Assembly: GCA_002269645.1 (NCBI GenBank)
Contig: NIVC01000051.1
Span: forward strand, 434,001 to 498,000
From: Macrostomum lignano
Taxonomy: Eukaryota
Direction of reading: 5' to 3'
DNA length: 64,000 nt
Part shown: positions 63,130-64,000 of the stretch, piece after piece
How positions within the stretch are numbered: position 1 is the stretch's first letter
Layout of the letters: each line of letters opens with the position of its first letter
The notes under the pieces: model-generated
Seen by the model: only the letters and a program-made list of their open reading frames with translations
Told to the model about the DNA's origin: nothing
Database searches by the model: none
Program-made: the position numbers and the translations under genes

Positions 63130-63831
63130 TAAGTGCTTAAGTGTTTAAGAATATGCATGGCGCATATGGTAAGAATCCGACCTTCTGGCGACTTGATTCT
63201 CACTCAAGAAGTTTAAGAAGCTTTAAGTTTGTATGTACTACTAGCTTTTTCAACTAGCGCTTATTCCATCATCCAGGGAGAGATGGGAGGTAAAGAGAAT
63301 GGAGATGTGAGAGAAGGGAGCAAGATGAAATACGTTTGGAGATAGAGAAGTGAGGCGCAGAAAAATAAGGAATCGTAATTCAAAGGCGATTTCCAGACCG
63401 ACAGGCAGGCAAACAGACAGCCAGCCAGCCAGCAGACAGGCAAACACACAGACCCGATGAAAACGGTACCCAGGCTAAGAAGCGTCTGTCACTTGCGTCG
63501 CCCCAGAGCTGTTTGAGAGTCATTGCAGGTAATACAGGTACGAGAATAGGAAAAAAGTGACTCACGTCTCTAAAACGACGTGACGCATTTTGCATTTATA
63601 ACAACTCCATTTAGTCTACTTGAGTTAGTAGAAAGTTAAGCGTTAACACAGCGACTCTTGGACAACTGTTTCGTGACTCTTTAATTATGCAACAAGTCGC
63701 TTCTACGTCGCATACAGTCGTTTGAGTCGTGAAGGTCTCAAGAGTTGCCCCAGAGTCGTTAGAGTCACTACTGAGTTGTTTGCAATGACTCTTTATCGAT
63801 TCTTGTCACGGTAACGTTTTCAACGGGAAAT

Positions 63832-63833
<2 letters not shown>

Positions 63834-63865
<32 letters not shown>

Positions 63866-63868
63866 CTC

Positions 63869-63905
<37 letters not shown>

Positions 63906-63940
63906 CTCAGACAGACAGACAGACAGACAGACAGACACTC

Positions 63941-64000
<60 letters not shown>
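63834..64000. repeat. (CAGA)n microsatellite with CACT interruptions
   Basis: Runs to the end of the window. Confidence 0.98.

Overview
Repeat-rich animal genomic DNA; the style resembles a free-living flatworm such as Macrostomum, but the species cannot be confirmed from sequence. Host genes: six same-strand paralogous GT32 (DXD, Gly_transf_sug) type-II membrane glycosyltransferases spread over 45 kb, an EME1 homolog, and the last exon of a COG7 homolog. The six GT genes share a nearly identical ~270-bp catalytic core flanked by divergent, mosaic N- and C-terminal modules. Five have a reconstructable short first exon joined by a phase-1 intron just before the transmembrane helix. Between the genes lie many micro- and minisatellites, MITE-like elements, and relics of THAP/P-element, Tc1-like, Crypton, Gypsy, SINE and Ingi-like elements. 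The most unusual feature is a decayed convergent cassette at 41.9-51.7 kb. It pairs a zinc-finger/tyrosine-recombinase-like gene (+), split by a full-length Ingi-like LINE with a 5' HDV-like ribozyme fold, with a spliced Rep-like/SF3-helicase gene (-) that has iteron-like repeats upstream. All calls and counts are by eye; no searches were run.
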